Below are positions 9,904 through 20,161 of a stretch of DNA of 64,000 nt, piece after piece. This stretch comes from an uncultured Chloroflexia bacterium (GTDB taxonomy: Bacteria; Chloroflexota; Dehalococcoidia; GIF9; UBA5629). Within the stretch, counting starts at the first letter, position 1, and each line of letters starts with the position of its first letter. The position numbers and the translations under genes were made by a program. Below the pieces are notes generated by a model. The model was given only the letters and a program-made list of their open reading frames with translations. It was not told the origin of the DNA and made no database searches. The stretch lies in assembly GCA_963775935.1 (NCBI GenBank), contig CAVZKR010000002.1, forward strand, positions 159,687 through 223,686, given 5' to 3'.

Positions 9904-10286
9904 GTTTTATTGCCACCTGTTTGAATATTGTTTGTTTCCCCCCTCAACGCTTCTGCCCCTTTGAGGTATACGTAGATAAGCTCATCGGTCTTTTTCTCAG
10001 TGTTGACCAGCATCATCACTCTCAAACAGCTCGGTAAGCTGCCGGGCACGTCCATTTCATGCCCGCAGAGCAAAGCTGTTTTTGACAATCCCAGCTCGCG
10101 GGCTGCCACTGCGGGAAACTCGGCATTGAGGTCGGACGTGGTGGTGAACCAGACTGCAGCTATGTCATCCACGTTCACACCATTGACTGCTATCATCTGT
10201 TGGACTAATTCCTTGCTGGCAGCCAGTATCGATTCTCTGGTATTGTGTTCGACAGTGATCGCCCCGCGTATGCCACGACACTTCAT
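9900..10286 (-). CDS. aroH: AroH-class chorismate mutase
   Basis: [13 protein letters not shown]-terminus, ~125 aa, translationally coupled to DAHP synthase. Confidence 0.8.
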   Translation of the reverse strand: MKCRGIRGAITVEHNTRESILAASKELVQQMIAVNGVNVDDIAAVWFTTTSDLNAEFPAVAARELGLSKTALLCGHEMDVPGSLPSCLRVMMLVNTEKKTDELIYVYLKGAEALRGETNNIQTGGNKT

Positions 10287-10474
10287 GTATTTAGTGCCCC
10301 CTTGAAAAGTAGACTATAAGACTACTCCATTTACCGCTCCATCGTCAAGAAATTTCGGAATTGCATACTACCTGTTTCTCAAGGTATCCTCATCGTATAT
10401 GGGAACGGTTAAATTGGTATTATCATAACCAGTGCTATGATATAATGATTTACATAATTAAGAGGGGGTGTGAA

Positions 10475-11116
10475 ATGCAAGTCAAGGATGTTATGACCTG
10501 GAATGTAGTGACTGTACCCAGCGACACGCCGATAATGGAAGCCAAGAAGATTATGGAGACGCATCATATCCGTCGTCTGCCAGTGGTGGATAAAGGGAAG
10601 CTGGTAGGTATAGTGTCCAAAGAAAGCATAGATAAAGTTGGACCTTCAGCAGCTACCAGCCTCAGTGTCTGGGAAATAACCTATCTACTGGCAAAGATCA
10701 GGGTAAAAGAAGTAATGAAGACAGACGTGGTTACCGTGACTCCGGATATGACAGCAGAGGCAGCCGTGTCCTTAGCTCAGCGCAAACGGGTTGGTTGCCT
10801 CATTGCGGTTGAAGGTGATAAGGTGGTAGGCATACTGACCACGAATGATTTCTTCTATAGGATATTGAATCCGATGCTGGGGATTGGAAAACCAGGTTTG
10901 CGATTAGCCATTACCAGGTGTTTCAGTGCTAAATGTATTAAAGAAGTTATGGAATGTGTGGCGAAACATAATATGAAGATAATTGCTGTGCATAATTCGT
11001 CACCGGTGGAAGATATCGAACCTGACCTGTTTCTTCAACTCGATACTGACAATGCTGACCAGATCATAAAGGACATCAAGGCTAAGGGTTTTGAGGTCAG
11101 GTTAAGAGACCGCTGA
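10475..11116 (+). CDS. CBS-pair domain protein with C-terminal ACT-like domain
   Basis: Two CBS repeats (VKDVMTWNVVTV..., VKEVMKTDVVTV...). The ATG at 10475 is preceded by AGAGGGGG. The track ORF begins at 10361. Confidence 0.8.
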   Translation: MQVKDVMTWNVVTVPSDTPIMEAKKIMETHHIRRLPVVDKGKLVGIVSKESIDKVGPSAATSLSVWEITYLLAKIRVKEVMKTDVVTVTPDMTAEAAVSLAQRKRVGCLIAVEGDKVVGILTTNDFFYRILNPMLGIGKPGLRLAITRCFSAKCIKEVMECVAKHNMKIIAVHNSSPVEDIEPDLFLQLDTDNADQIIKDIKAKGFEVRLRDR

Positions 11117-11143
11117 GGCTCTTAACACGTTTCGGCTTCTCAT

Positions 11144-11181
11144 CGCCCTTTTCTCCTGTTGCGGAGGAAGGGCGTTTTTTA
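11144..11181 (+). terminator. rho-independent terminator after CBS gene
   Basis: CGCCCTTTTCTCC-loop-GGAGGAAGGGCG followed by TTTTTT. Confidence 0.7.
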
Positions 11182-11277
11182 TGCTTGATGTTACCTTGAC
11201 TGTCGTAAGGTAACTTTATAGAATTGGTACGGTTTGCAGAGGTAACTTCATCTGCAGACGAAGGAGTTTATTGCTTA

Positions 11278-12279
11278 ATGGAACTGGTTGACAAGATGCT
11301 TGCCGGGGATGTGTTATCGCTGGCACGCTTGATTTCGATTATCGAGAGAGATAATAACGATGTGCCGGCTATTATGAAGCTGGTCTATGCTCATCCCGGC
11401 AAAGCGTACTGCATCGGTATCACCGGTCCCGCCGGCTCCGGCAAGAGCACTGTTGTGGATAAGTTGACCGCAGTGATACGCCAGCAGGGGTTCACTGTTG
11501 GTATCATCTGTGCCGACCCCACCAGTCCATTCAGTGGGGGTGCAGTGCTCGGGGATAGGATACGGATGCAGCAGCATTATCTCGATAGCGGAGTGTTCAT
11601 CCGCAGTATGGCGACACGGGGCAGCCATGGTGGATTGCCGTACAGTGTCAGTGAGGTGATTAAACTGCTCAGTGCCTTCGGTAAAGACATTATCCTGGTG
11701 GAAACGGTGGGGGTGGGTCAGACAGAGCTCGATATCATACAAAATACCGATACCACGGTAGTTATCCTGACCCCTGAGGCAGGTGACGCTATTCAGACCA
11801 TGAAAGCAGGTTTGCTTGAAATCGCTGATATTTTTGTGGTCAATAAAGCTGACCGTCCCGGTGCTGACAACCTTATTGTGGGATTGAGGACTATGCTTGA
11901 GCTCCGTACGGCTCATGTATACTGGGAAGTGCCGGTCCTGGCTGCTGAGGCGGTGAATAGTGTGGGTATTCAAGAGCTCTTCAGGCAAATTGCCAAGCAT
12001 CGCAAAACCATGGAGGAGACCGGTCTTCTGGCACAGCGTCGTAGAGAGCGGCTGCGCCATGAATTTATAGAAGCAGTCGAGCATCGGCTTAAGAGTGAGC
12101 TATTAAAGCTGGTTCACAATGACCGAGAACTGAGCAACTACATAGCAAAGGTAGAAGCAGCAGAGCTATCTCCGATTTCAGCGGCTGACGAGGTAGTGAG
12201 CTCGGGCAAGGTATTGGATGGCTGGATGAGGCAATTGAAACAGGGTCGCCCTCGAGGAGAGGGACAGCAGGAGAAGTAA
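11278..12279 (+). CDS. meaB: MeaB/ArgK-type G3E GTPase (metallochaperone)
   Basis: GPAGSGKST P-loop, VETVGVGQ and NKAD motifs. The ATG at 11278 is preceded by GAAGGAG. Confidence 0.85.
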   Translation: MELVDKMLAGDVLSLARLISIIERDNNDVPAIMKLVYAHPGKAYCIGITGPAGSGKSTVVDKLTAVIRQQGFTVGIICADPTSPFSGGAVLGDRIRMQQHYLDSGVFIRSMATRGSHGGLPYSVSEVIKLLSAFGKDIILVETVGVGQTELDIIQNTDTTVVILTPEAGDAIQTMKAGLLEIADIFVVNKADRPGADNLIVGLRTMLELRTAHVYWEVPVLAAEAVNSVGIQELFRQIAKHRKTMEETGLLAQRRRERLRHEFIEAVEHRLKSELLKLVHNDRELSNYIAKVEAAELSPISAADEVVSSGKVLDGWMRQLKQGRPRGEGQQEK

Positions 12280-13700
12280 TGTCACAACGTATCAGGAATT
12301 CCAAACGTACAAAGAGTTCAGGCATGTACGATGTCATCATTGTTGGGGGTGGCCCGGCAGGTATGTTTGCTGCTCTGGAGCTGTGCCAGGTAGCCGACCT
12401 CAACATCCTTCTTTTAGAAAAGGGGAAAGATATTCACGCTCGTTTTTGTCCTGCCCAGGAATCAGGCGGACAGTGCCTGTCCTGTTCACCATGCAATCTG
12501 GTCAGTGGTTTAGGTGGCGCTGGTGCCTTCAGCGATGGCAAGCTGACTCTCTCTCCAGAAGTCGGGGGTAGACTGGGTGAACTACTGGATGGCAGACAGG
12601 TTCAGGAATTGATTGATTATGTTGACAGTCTCTACAAAAAGTTCGGCGGCACTGACCATGTTTACGGTGTTTCCGAAGGGGTCGATGAACTGATTCGAAG
12701 GGCGATGTTAGCCGAGCTGCGGTTGATTCCGGTCAAGCTGCGTCACCTGGGTACGGAACGTTCACGAGAGGTGCTGAAGGCGATGCGGGATTTCATCGTG
12801 ACCCGTGTGGAGACGAGGTTTGAAGAGGCTGCCACCAGCATTATCACCAGGCGTGGTCGCGTGGTAGGGATAGAGACCAGCCGTGGTGAGGAGCTACGAT
12901 GCCATTATCTGATTCTGGCGCCGGGCAGGGAGGGCGCAGACTGGTTGACCAAGGAAGCCGAAAGATTGAAGTTGACTCTGACGTCGAATCCTGTTGATGT
13001 CGGTATCAGGGTGGAAGTACCGGCGCCGGTACTCGAGGAGCTTACCTCGGTGTTGTATGAGTCAAAGCTGGAATACTTTTCTCAGAGCTTTGATGATAGA
13101 GTGAGAACGTTTTGTATGTGTCCGGGTGGTGAAGTGATTATGGAGTCAACCGGTGGTAGTGACCCGGTGGTAACGGTCAATGGTAATAGCTATGCCGAGC
13201 GCAAGACCAGCAATACTAACTTCGCTATTCTGGTCAGCACGCATTTTACTGAACCCTTTCATGAGCCGATTGCCTATGGCAAATATCTGGCAAGGCTGGC
13301 TAATATCATCAGTGGTGGAGTACTGGTACAGCGTCTGGGTGATTTGATGGACGGGCATCGGTCAACCCCGGAACGCATTCGGCGCAGCATCGTTACCCCC
13401 ACATTGAAATCGGCTACTCCGGGCGACCTGAGCTTCGTTTTGCCCTTCCGCCATCTCAAAGGCATTGTGGAGATGCTTCAAGCGATGGATAAACTGGCTC
13501 CAGGCGTGGCGTCGCGTCATACGCTGCTCTACGGTGTGGAGGTGAAATTCTATTCCAGCCAGATACTGCTGACCGAATCCCTGGAAACGGAAATAACTAA
13601 TATGTTTGCTGCTGGCGATGGCGCAGGAGTCAGCCGGGGGCTGGTGCAGGCATCTGCCTGCGGTGTGTTGATTGCCAGGGAGATACTGAAGCGGGGTTAA
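12279..13700 (+). CDS. FAD-dependent oxidoreductase (COG2509-like uncharacterised dehydrogenase)
   Basis: YDVIIVGGGPAGMFAAL dinucleotide-binding motif and C-terminal GDGAG. The start overlaps the meaB stop (TAATG). Confidence 0.75.
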   Translation: MSQRIRNSKRTKSSGMYDVIIVGGGPAGMFAALELCQVADLNILLLEKGKDIHARFCPAQESGGQCLSCSPCNLVSGLGGAGAFSDGKLTLSPEVGGRLGELLDGRQVQELIDYVDSLYKKFGGTDHVYGVSEGVDELIRRAMLAELRLIPVKLRHLGTERSREVLKAMRDFIVTRVETRFEEAATSIITRRGRVVGIETSRGEELRCHYLILAPGREGADWLTKEAERLKLTLTSNPVDVGIRVEVPAPVLEELTSVLYESKLEYFSQSFDDRVRTFCMCPGGEVIMESTGGSDPVVTVNGNSYAERKTSNTNFAILVSTHFTEPFHEPIAYGKYLARLANIISGGVLVQRLGDLMDGHRSTPERIRRSIVTPTLKSATPGDLSFVLPFRHLKGIVEMLQAMDKLAPGVASRHTLLYGVEVKFYSSQILLTESLETEITNMFAAGDGAGVSRGLVQASACGVLIAREILKRG

Positions 13701-14425
13701 GGTGCGTTTTTGAAGTAGCTGCGATCGAAGAGGAAGCGGTTCAGTAATATCAATCCGACGCTGGTTCTGGGTGCTTTAAGGTCCTTTCCCAGATTGGCGG
13801 TAAGGCGACGAATGACGATGAGGATGAAGACTACTGCTGTAGCTATGACCAGTTCAGCCGACTGATTTAGAAGCCATGAGGCAAGCGGTGTAACCGCAAA
13901 GCCAACGAGCATACCCAGCGGCAGGCTGTTGCTCACTGGCCCACCGAGTTTTAGTTTTTCATTCATGGTTTGACCTTTTACTGTAAAACGCGGCACAGTC
14001 CTGACGAGGAAGCCAATGGCAAAGCAGAGAACGCAATAGCCAAAGGCGATAAGCGCTCCAACACCGATAAATGAGGCCAGTGTGAGTTCCATGCCCGCAC
14101 CAATGGTATTGCCCTTTTCTCCGTTGAACTTCTGGAATACAGGCCACATCTGTCCGATAAGGGCAGCTACTCCGGCAATGACGATGACCGCCAAGTTGAA
14201 ATTAAGCAGGAAGCCGATGAGGACAGGGATAACTCCCTTCAATACATCGACGACGATTCCCGAGAGACCCTCGAGTCGTCCTACCTTACGCCATGTGGAG
14301 ATATGGAAGTCTTCTTCCAAAGAGAGGTCGAAGCCCCTGGCACGGCTCAGTAGAAGTATATAGGGGAAGGAACCGACCAGGTAGGCGACTATCACTAAGG
14401 CGATGTCAGCTATCAGCCAGGGCAT
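13697..14425 (-). CDS. polytopic membrane protein, divergent PlsY (G3P acyltransferase) family-like
   Basis: AYLVGSFPY and VDVLKGVIPV resemble PlsY signatures, but the GSGNxGATN motif is not conserved. Confidence 0.5.
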   Translation of the reverse strand: MPWLIADIALVIVAYLVGSFPYILLLSRARGFDLSLEEDFHISTWRKVGRLEGLSGIVVDVLKGVIPVLIGFLLNFNLAVIVIAGVAALIGQMWPVFQKFNGEKGNTIGAGMELTLASFIGVGALIAFGYCVLCFAIGFLVRTVPRFTVKGQTMNEKLKLGGPVSNSLPLGMLVGFAVTPLASWLLNQSAELVIATAVVFILIVIRRLTANLGKDLKAPRTSVGLILLNRFLFDRSYFKNAP

Positions 14426-14573
14426 AGTCCTTTAAGTTTAGCAGAGAAACGCAAATAGTGAAACCCCTTTTTTGAGAGATGATATACTGTATTGTCAAGA
14501 AAACACGATACGTTGAGGGTGAATATAAGCAACCCATTATATTCGTAAGAAAGGGTAAGGTTAAAAGACGATA

Positions 14574-15779
14574 ATGAATACCCCACATGTTTCCAGGTAT
14601 CGGTGGATTGTGTTGATTGCCTACATGATTATTGCTGCGCTGACGCAGCTCTACTGGCTGAATTTTGCAGCCATAGACACGTATATTGAACAGCGTTTGA
14701 GCATACCGGCGAGCAGCGCTATGTGGCTCACTCTGGTTTTCCCTTTGATGCAGGTGTTGCTTACCCTACCTGCCGGGTTGGTTATTGACAGCAAAGGATT
14801 TAAATATGGCATTACTATCGGCGCACTATTAACAAGCATTTTTGCCCTGGTGCGTTTGATCAATCCTGAATCTTTCACGGTTCTTTTAATATCCCAGATC
14901 GGTATTGCCGCAGGCCAACCGTTTGTGCTCAACGGCGTCACCAAGCTTGCCATGACCTGGTTTCCCGAAAAGGAGGAGGCTACTGCGGTGGGGCTCGGTT
15001 CCCTGGCACTCTTTGTTGGCATGATGATAGGCCTGGGTGCCACGCCGTCTCTGGTACACAATCTTGGCTATCAACCTATGCTGTGGATATATGGCCTTTT
15101 CGGTGTTATCGGCGCTCTGTTGTTCGTAGCGCTGGCTAAACCAAAACCTGCAATTCCGCCACGTGAGGTTGAACCGAAGGGCGAAGTTACCGGATGGGGG
15201 GGAATACGGGTAATTTTAAGAAATAGGAACTTCATCATACTCGGTTTTATAGCATTCATTGGCATCGGAGTTTTCAATGGCCTGGCTACCTGGCTCGAAA
15301 AAATATTGAATGAGATGCACCATATTCCGATGACTGAGGCGGGGACTATCTCCGCTGTTCTGGTCTTTGCCGGTATGATTGGCTGTATCGTAATTCCTAT
15401 GCTATCAGATAGGTTTCAAAGGCGGAAGCCGTTTCTTATTCTGGCATCATCTGTCGGCATTCTTTGCACCATTCTTTTTATGCTTGTTACAAACTACTGG
15501 CTCGATATGGTAACCAGCATAGTGCTCGGTTTTTTCTTTTTGGCTGCTCTGCCCATCATGCTGGTATTCTCTGCCGAAATAACTGGCTCCAGATACGCCG
15601 GCGTTTCTGTAGGATACCTTCAACTTCTGGGCAATATTGCAGCAGTAGTGATTGTGGTGCTGATGGAGACATTGCGCGGTGCAACCGGTCAGTTTATGGT
15701 ATCGTTACTATTTCTGGCGGTGCTGTTACTGGGTTCCCTCACCCTGTCTGTCATTATTAAGGAACCCGGGAGAAGCTAA
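14574..15779 (+). CDS. MFS transporter
   Basis: 401 aa with ~12 predicted TM helices and an MFS-like loop pattern. Confidence 0.8.
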   Translation: MNTPHVSRYRWIVLIAYMIIAALTQLYWLNFAAIDTYIEQRLSIPASSAMWLTLVFPLMQVLLTLPAGLVIDSKGFKYGITIGALLTSIFALVRLINPESFTVLLISQIGIAAGQPFVLNGVTKLAMTWFPEKEEATAVGLGSLALFVGMMIGLGATPSLVHNLGYQPMLWIYGLFGVIGALLFVALAKPKPAIPPREVEPKGEVTGWGGIRVILRNRNFIILGFIAFIGIGVFNGLATWLEKILNEMHHIPMTEAGTISAVLVFAGMIGCIVIPMLSDRFQRRKPFLILASSVGILCTILFMLVTNYWLDMVTSIVLGFFFLAALPIMLVFSAEITGSRYAGVSVGYLQLLGNIAAVVIVVLMETLRGATGQFMVSLLFLAVLLLGSLTLSVIIKEPGRS

Positions 15780-15822
15780 ATAATAACTGCCTCCTGCTCG
15801 TGAATTAACTATATGTAACGTC

Positions 15823-16347
15823 TTAAATATTTGCGCATAATACTTTAAGAGTGCCATTAGGCTGCTCCCATCTCGTAAATTGAGATACTAAAGCGATTCT
15901 CAATTTTTCGACGGATGTGAAATAACGGTTGTGAGTTACCTGTCGTCGAGTGATTCGCCAGACCCGTTCCACCGGATTGAGTTCGGGTGAATATGACGGC
16001 AGGAAGATTCGTATCAGTCGGTCTTGATTGGACGCGAACAAGTCTTTCAAACCTTTCGCCCTGTGCCATTTGGCATTGTCCAGGATAAGATATATTTTCC
16101 CTTGTGTAGATTCGAGGAGATACCGGATAAAGTCGCCAAAGGTCTCGGAATTGAAGGTAGGCGCCTCTTTTGTAAGGAGACTGCCTGTTTTCAGATTGAG
16201 TGCCCCGAAGAAACCCACGTTGTGACGGACTGAAGGCGAAACTACGCGAGGTTGTTGTCCTTTCGGAGCCCACATCCTTATCAGGCTGCTGTGTCGCTGG
16301 AAATGGACTTCGTCCTCGCACCAAAGCTGCATCGTAGGGTCTTTCAT
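15823..16347 (-). CDS. IS630 transposase, DDE catalytic part (orfB, -1 frame relative to orfA)
   Basis: WCEDEVHF ... LILDNAKWH ... LNPVERVW matches DDE_3 (IS630/Tc1-like) motifs. The frame is -1 with respect to orfA. Confidence 0.8.
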   Translation of the reverse strand: MKDPTMQLWCEDEVHFQRHSSLIRMWAPKGQQPRVVSPSVRHNVGFFGALNLKTGSLLTKEAPTFNSETFGDFIRYLLESTQGKIYLILDNAKWHRAKGLKDLFASNQDRLIRIFLPSYSPELNPVERVWRITRRQVTHNRYFTSVEKLRIALVSQFTRWEQPNGTLKVLCANI

Positions 16348-16853
16348 CCACTCGTAGAAGTTTTTTTAAAGGCCTCCTGCCGGAGAGGATCGGCTTCGCT
16401 TGCCTGACGGCGAGGTCTCTGGAGGCTGAATCCCATCTGATGGAATAGTCTTTGGCATTGCCGTACACTGAGCGATATAGCGTAGTTCTTTCCCAGGTGG
16501 TGTGACAATAACACGCCGTCCCACAGGTTTTGATCATAACCCGTATCTCTGGGAGAACGCCGTAATTCTTTTCGCACTCTTTGCTTTTGCGAAGCTGAAA
16601 GACGGCCAGGTCGGCCAGGATGCTTTCCGTCCCAAAGTCCGCTAAGCCCGTGAGAAGCCAGTCTTTTAACCCAGTATTCGATAGTTCTGGAGGAGAATCC
16701 GAAAGCACGTGATGCCTCATAGGCACTAGCTCCACGCAACACATACAAGACAACGGCAAGCCGATGAAAGTATCGTCCTTCCCTGGTTCGTGATAATTCA
16801 TCTTGAATCGCCGCAATAAAGATTTCGGCATCCGGAATGGTTATCCTTTTCAT
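16344..16853 (-). CDS. IS630 transposase, N-terminal HTH part (orfA)
   Basis: 169 aa with winged-helix/HTH-like regions. It ends just after an A7 run (TTTAAAAAAAC). Confidence 0.8.
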   Translation of the reverse strand: MKRITIPDAEIFIAAIQDELSRTREGRYFHRLAVVLYVLRGASAYEASRAFGFSSRTIEYWVKRLASHGLSGLWDGKHPGRPGRLSASQKQRVRKELRRSPRDTGYDQNLWDGVLLSHHLGKNYAISLSVRQCQRLFHQMGFSLQRPRRQASEADPLRQEAFKKTSTSG

Positions 16854-16952
16854 GGGAGCAACCTCCTACAGCTTTGCTCCCATTATATAGTATTAACAAA
16901 ATATACGCAATATATTATGTCGCTTCATATAGTATATCGCTAGGATGATGGT

Positions 16953-18203
16953 TTAGAGTCTGCCAATAACTTTAATGCGTGTTGGTTTGATGAGCATGTT
17001 GAGCAGGATACCGATAAGCATAATTACGATGCAGGCGAGAAATGCCAGTTGATACTCACCAGTGGTATCAAAGATATAGCCGGATACGAAGGGCCCTATG
17101 GCGGCTCCAATAGTAAAACCCGTGGTAGCAATTCCAAAGATTACACCCAGCGATGTCAACCCGAAAAGTTTTGCTATCAGAGGAGACATCTGTGCCGTAC
17201 ACCCGCCATAGCCGACTCCAAGGACTGCTGCGAACAGGTAAGCTCCCCAGATTTCCCTGGTGAAGGTAAACCATACTAAAGCGAGTAGCATAATGAAGAG
17301 ACCGATTCCGAAGGTCCGTCTATTTCCTATTCTGTCGCCAACAGTGCCCAGTGCAATCCTGCCGACAACGCTGGCGCCGCCCACAGTAGCTAGTATGCTG
17401 GCGGCAATGGCGGATGAAATTCCCAGGTCGGTAAGATAAGGTACCATATGTACCTGGATAGTGAGCAAGGAGAACCCAAAACAAAAAAACATGGTGAAGA
17501 TTGCCCAGAACTGCCTGGTGACTATGGTCTCTTTAAGGGAGAAACTTTCATCTATTGCCTTCAGACTTTCATTGTCTCTATAGGTGTCGCCGTGACCTGA
17601 TTCAGACGGTTCACTTTTTAAAAACTGGGCGGCCACGATGACTACTATCAGGAGGATAATGCCGATGATAATGCTGGACATGCGCCAGCCGGAGACTGCA
17701 ATAAGCCGCTCGATTATAGGTGGTAGGAATAATGAGCCGATACCGACGCCAGCGGTAACGATACCGGTCATGACGGTTCTCCTCTTCGTAAACCACCTGG
17801 CTGTAGTTGATACCAGTGGAGTAAAAACGGTGCTCCCGATGCCGAGCATTACCCCATAGATAAGGAATAAATGGGTGATATCGCTGATTTGTGACATCAG
17901 CAAATAAGCGACGCCGGAGATAAAGCCGCAGATGCTCGTCACTATTCGCGGTCCGATTTTGTCATTAAGTCTGCCCAGGAAAACGGCCATAATACCCTCT
18001 ACGATCCAGGAAAGGGAAAAAGTAGCGGAGATCATCGCTCTGGTCCAGCCAAAATCATTGAGCATTGGTTTCACAAAGACGCCGAAGGAGTACCGTGTAC
18101 CGTGGCTTACTACTAAAATATAGAAGGCGGCAGCAACAACAATATAGCCGTAATCAACCATGCGTTTTGTTGCGGATGTCTGGCTGGGTTTATCTTTGGT
18201 CAA
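16953..18203 (-). CDS. MFS transporter (oxalate/formate antiporter-like subfamily)
   Basis: 416 aa, 12 TM helices, GRLNDKIGPR loop motif. Confidence 0.8.
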   Translation of the reverse strand: MTKDKPSQTSATKRMVDYGYIVVAAAFYILVVSHGTRYSFGVFVKPMLNDFGWTRAMISATFSLSWIVEGIMAVFLGRLNDKIGPRIVTSICGFISGVAYLLMSQISDITHLFLIYGVMLGIGSTVFTPLVSTTARWFTKRRTVMTGIVTAGVGIGSLFLPPIIERLIAVSGWRMSSIIIGIILLIVVIVAAQFLKSEPSESGHGDTYRDNESLKAIDESFSLKETIVTRQFWAIFTMFFCFGFSLLTIQVHMVPYLTDLGISSAIAASILATVGGASVVGRIALGTVGDRIGNRRTFGIGLFIMLLALVWFTFTREIWGAYLFAAVLGVGYGGCTAQMSPLIAKLFGLTSLGVIFGIATTGFTIGAAIGPFVSGYIFDTTGEYQLAFLACIVIMLIGILLNMLIKPTRIKVIGRL

Positions 18204-18360
18204 ATTCAGGTTCCTTTATCCAGTGGGGAGTGGTGACTGTGCCACAGGGAACAATATTGTAACAGATTGGTTACGGTAAACCAAAGTAGTTGACTATGAC
18301 CGGATTGGCCGGTAGGCTTGCATTCTATCGGATAAAACGCTTGAAGACTTGAGAATCACG

Positions 18361-18389
18361 TTGACATCATTCCCCTGGTTATTTACAAT
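18361..18389 (+). promoter_or_regulatory. sigma-70-like promoter candidate upstream of dctP
   Basis: TTGACA, a 17-nt spacer, then TACAAT, ~200 nt upstream of the dctP start. Confidence 0.4.
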
Positions 18390-18590
18390 AAACTATTATC
18401 ACATCTGAAATTCCTGTAATTTCGTTGTTTTCTTGAGGAGAATTGGACTCGGGCAGATACTTCAAAGGTTGAGAGACTCGTATCAGAAATCGCAGGGATG
18501 ATATTGTTTGACACATAGCGTATAATAATTTCGCTGCTTTTTACGGAATCTGCGCTTTAAGTACCGGAAAATTCTGAAGGAGGTGTTTCT

Positions 18591-19631
18591 TTGAAGAACA
18601 AAGTGTTGCTCTTGTCCCTGGTTCTTGTTCTCCTCGCCAGCCTGTCCATTATAGGCTGCGCACCCGCAGCGCCGACCACAGTCACCCAACTCAAGTATGC
18701 CGACCAGAATGCTGAGACTGGTTGGGAAGGTGCTCAGGCTGCGGTGCCCTGGTTGAAGCAAATGGAAACCGCCACCAACGGTGCGGTGAAATTCCAGAGC
18801 TTCTTTGCCCAGAGCTTGTTTAAAGGCACTGATGCCTGGGAATCCCTGAAAGCAGGGCAGGCTGATGTTGCCTGGTGTTTCCATGGCTACTGGGCTAATA
18901 TGACTCCACTGGCTGATGTCATCACATTGCCCTTCCTGCCTGTCCCATCGGCTGAAAAAGGAAGTGAAGCCCTCTGGAAACTGTATGAAAAATACCCTTC
19001 AATTCAGAAGCAGTTTGAAGCCAACAAAGTGGTGCTTACCTGGACTTCCAACTCCTATTTCCTGGCGACCCGCAGCAAGCAGGTCAAAACGCTGGATGAT
19101 ATGAAGGGACTCAAGATCAGGACCACTGGTGGTCCTCCAACCGATATGATAAAAGCGCTTGGCGCTGTACCCATAGCAATGGGTATGCCTGATGTCTACC
19201 TCAACCTGGAGAAAGGCGTTATCGATGGCGCGCTGTTGCCCTGGGAAGCCACCTATAGTTTCAAACTGTACGAGGTAGTAAAATACATTACCCATGCGCC
19301 GTTCCATGCTGTGTACTTTACTCAGCCATTCAATACCAAATGGAACAGTCTGTCACCTGACGTACAGAAGCAAATCATGAGCGTCTGCGGTCTTACCGGC
19401 TCCAAGTTCTGGGGCAAAAACATGTTCGATACTGCAGCGGCAGAAGTACGGAACATAATCAAAGATAAGAAATATGAGCTGGTTGAATACACGATACCTG
19501 CTGCCGAGATAGAGAAGTTTAAGAAAGTCGGCGGTGAGCCTCTATGGGAAGCCTGGGTAAAGCAGCAGGAAGACAAGGGTTCCAAGGATGCCAGGGCGAT
19601 CCTGAACGATACTCTCCAATTTTTGAAATAG
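18591..19631 (+). CDS. dctP: TRAP transporter substrate-binding protein (lipoprotein-type signal LSIIGC)
   Basis: 346 aa, DctP-family length and layout, followed by Q and M subunit genes. Confidence 0.85.
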   Translation: MKNKVLLLSLVLVLLASLSIIGCAPAAPTTVTQLKYADQNAETGWEGAQAAVPWLKQMETATNGAVKFQSFFAQSLFKGTDAWESLKAGQADVAWCFHGYWANMTPLADVITLPFLPVPSAEKGSEALWKLYEKYPSIQKQFEANKVVLTWTSNSYFLATRSKQVKTLDDMKGLKIRTTGGPPTDMIKALGAVPIAMGMPDVYLNLEKGVIDGALLPWEATYSFKLYEVVKYITHAPFHAVYFTQPFNTKWNSLSPDVQKQIMSVCGLTGSKFWGKNMFDTAAAEVRNIIKDKKYELVEYTIPAAEIEKFKKVGGEPLWEAWVKQQEDKGSKDARAILNDTLQFLK

Positions 19632-19652
19632 TTTGCATAAACAGGAACGTTT

Positions 19653-20161
19653 GTGAACGGCTTAGAAAAATTCATCAAATCCTTTTACAGGATTATTAAG
19701 CCGATCAATCATGTTGCGAGTAGCGTAGGTATGATCCTTCTGGCTGCGATGATGTTTCTCACCGCAGCCGATGTTGTCCTGCGCTACTCGCTCAACAAGC
19801 CTATTCTGGGCAGCTATGAGCTTACCCAGTATATGCTGGCTATCATTATCTCGGTAGGTCTGGCATACTGCTCTATCGAGAAAGGTCATGTAACTATCGA
19901 TATACTTACTACACGTTGTCCACACGGACCAGAGCCATTCTTGATAGCGTGACCGGATTACTGGGTTTAATTGTAGCGGGACTGATGACCTGGCAAACCA
20001 TTATCTATATCCCCATGTTGCAAAAATCAGGACTGGTATCCTCGGTATTACTTATTCCTATCTATCCTTTCGTGGCAATTGTCGCCTTTGGCATCGCCTT
20101 CTATTTTGTGGTGCTCGTGTTACAATTTCTTGAATTTATAGTAGAGGGGATGAAGAAATGA
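19653..20161 (+). pseudogene. dctQ: TRAP small permease DctQ, split by a frame break near 19915
   Basis: The track shows two overlapping ORFs in different frames (19653..19952 and 19916..20161). Joined, they read GHVTIDILTTR|LSTRTRAILDSVTGLLGL, the canonical DctQ central motif. The second frame is -1, meaning one nt appears to be missing. Confidence 0.7.

Larger units (their letters stand above)
15808..16932 (-). mobile_element. IS630-family insertion sequence (~1.1 kb)
   Basis: Imperfect terminal inverted repeats: ACTATATGTAACGTCTTAAATATTTGCGCATA at 15808 versus the reverse complement of 16932 (ACTATATGAAGCGACATAATATATTGCGTATA). These enclose a two-ORF transposase. Flanks are TA-rich, compatible with a TA target. 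Confidence 0.8.

Noticed and set aside
11314-12084. Long antisense or out-of-frame ORFs inside well-supported genes. Examples are 11314..12084, 33385..33987, 35570..36145, 53730..54560, 55605..56306, 60213..60941 and 62816..63316.
   Set aside because: Each lies entirely within a gene with clear family motifs on the other strand or frame. They are shadow ORFs typical of mid/high-GC coding DNA.
11278-12279. MeaB GTPase without adjacent methylmalonyl-CoA mutase as an anomaly
   Set aside because: G3E chaperone genes are often unlinked from their client enzymes, and nothing in the sequence itself is unusual.
15857-16831. 324-aa ORF spanning the IS630 element in a third frame
   Set aside because: It overlaps the two transposase ORFs that carry the recognisable HTH and DDE motifs. 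Its sequence is low-complexity and Arg/Ser/Pro-rich, typical of out-of-frame translation.
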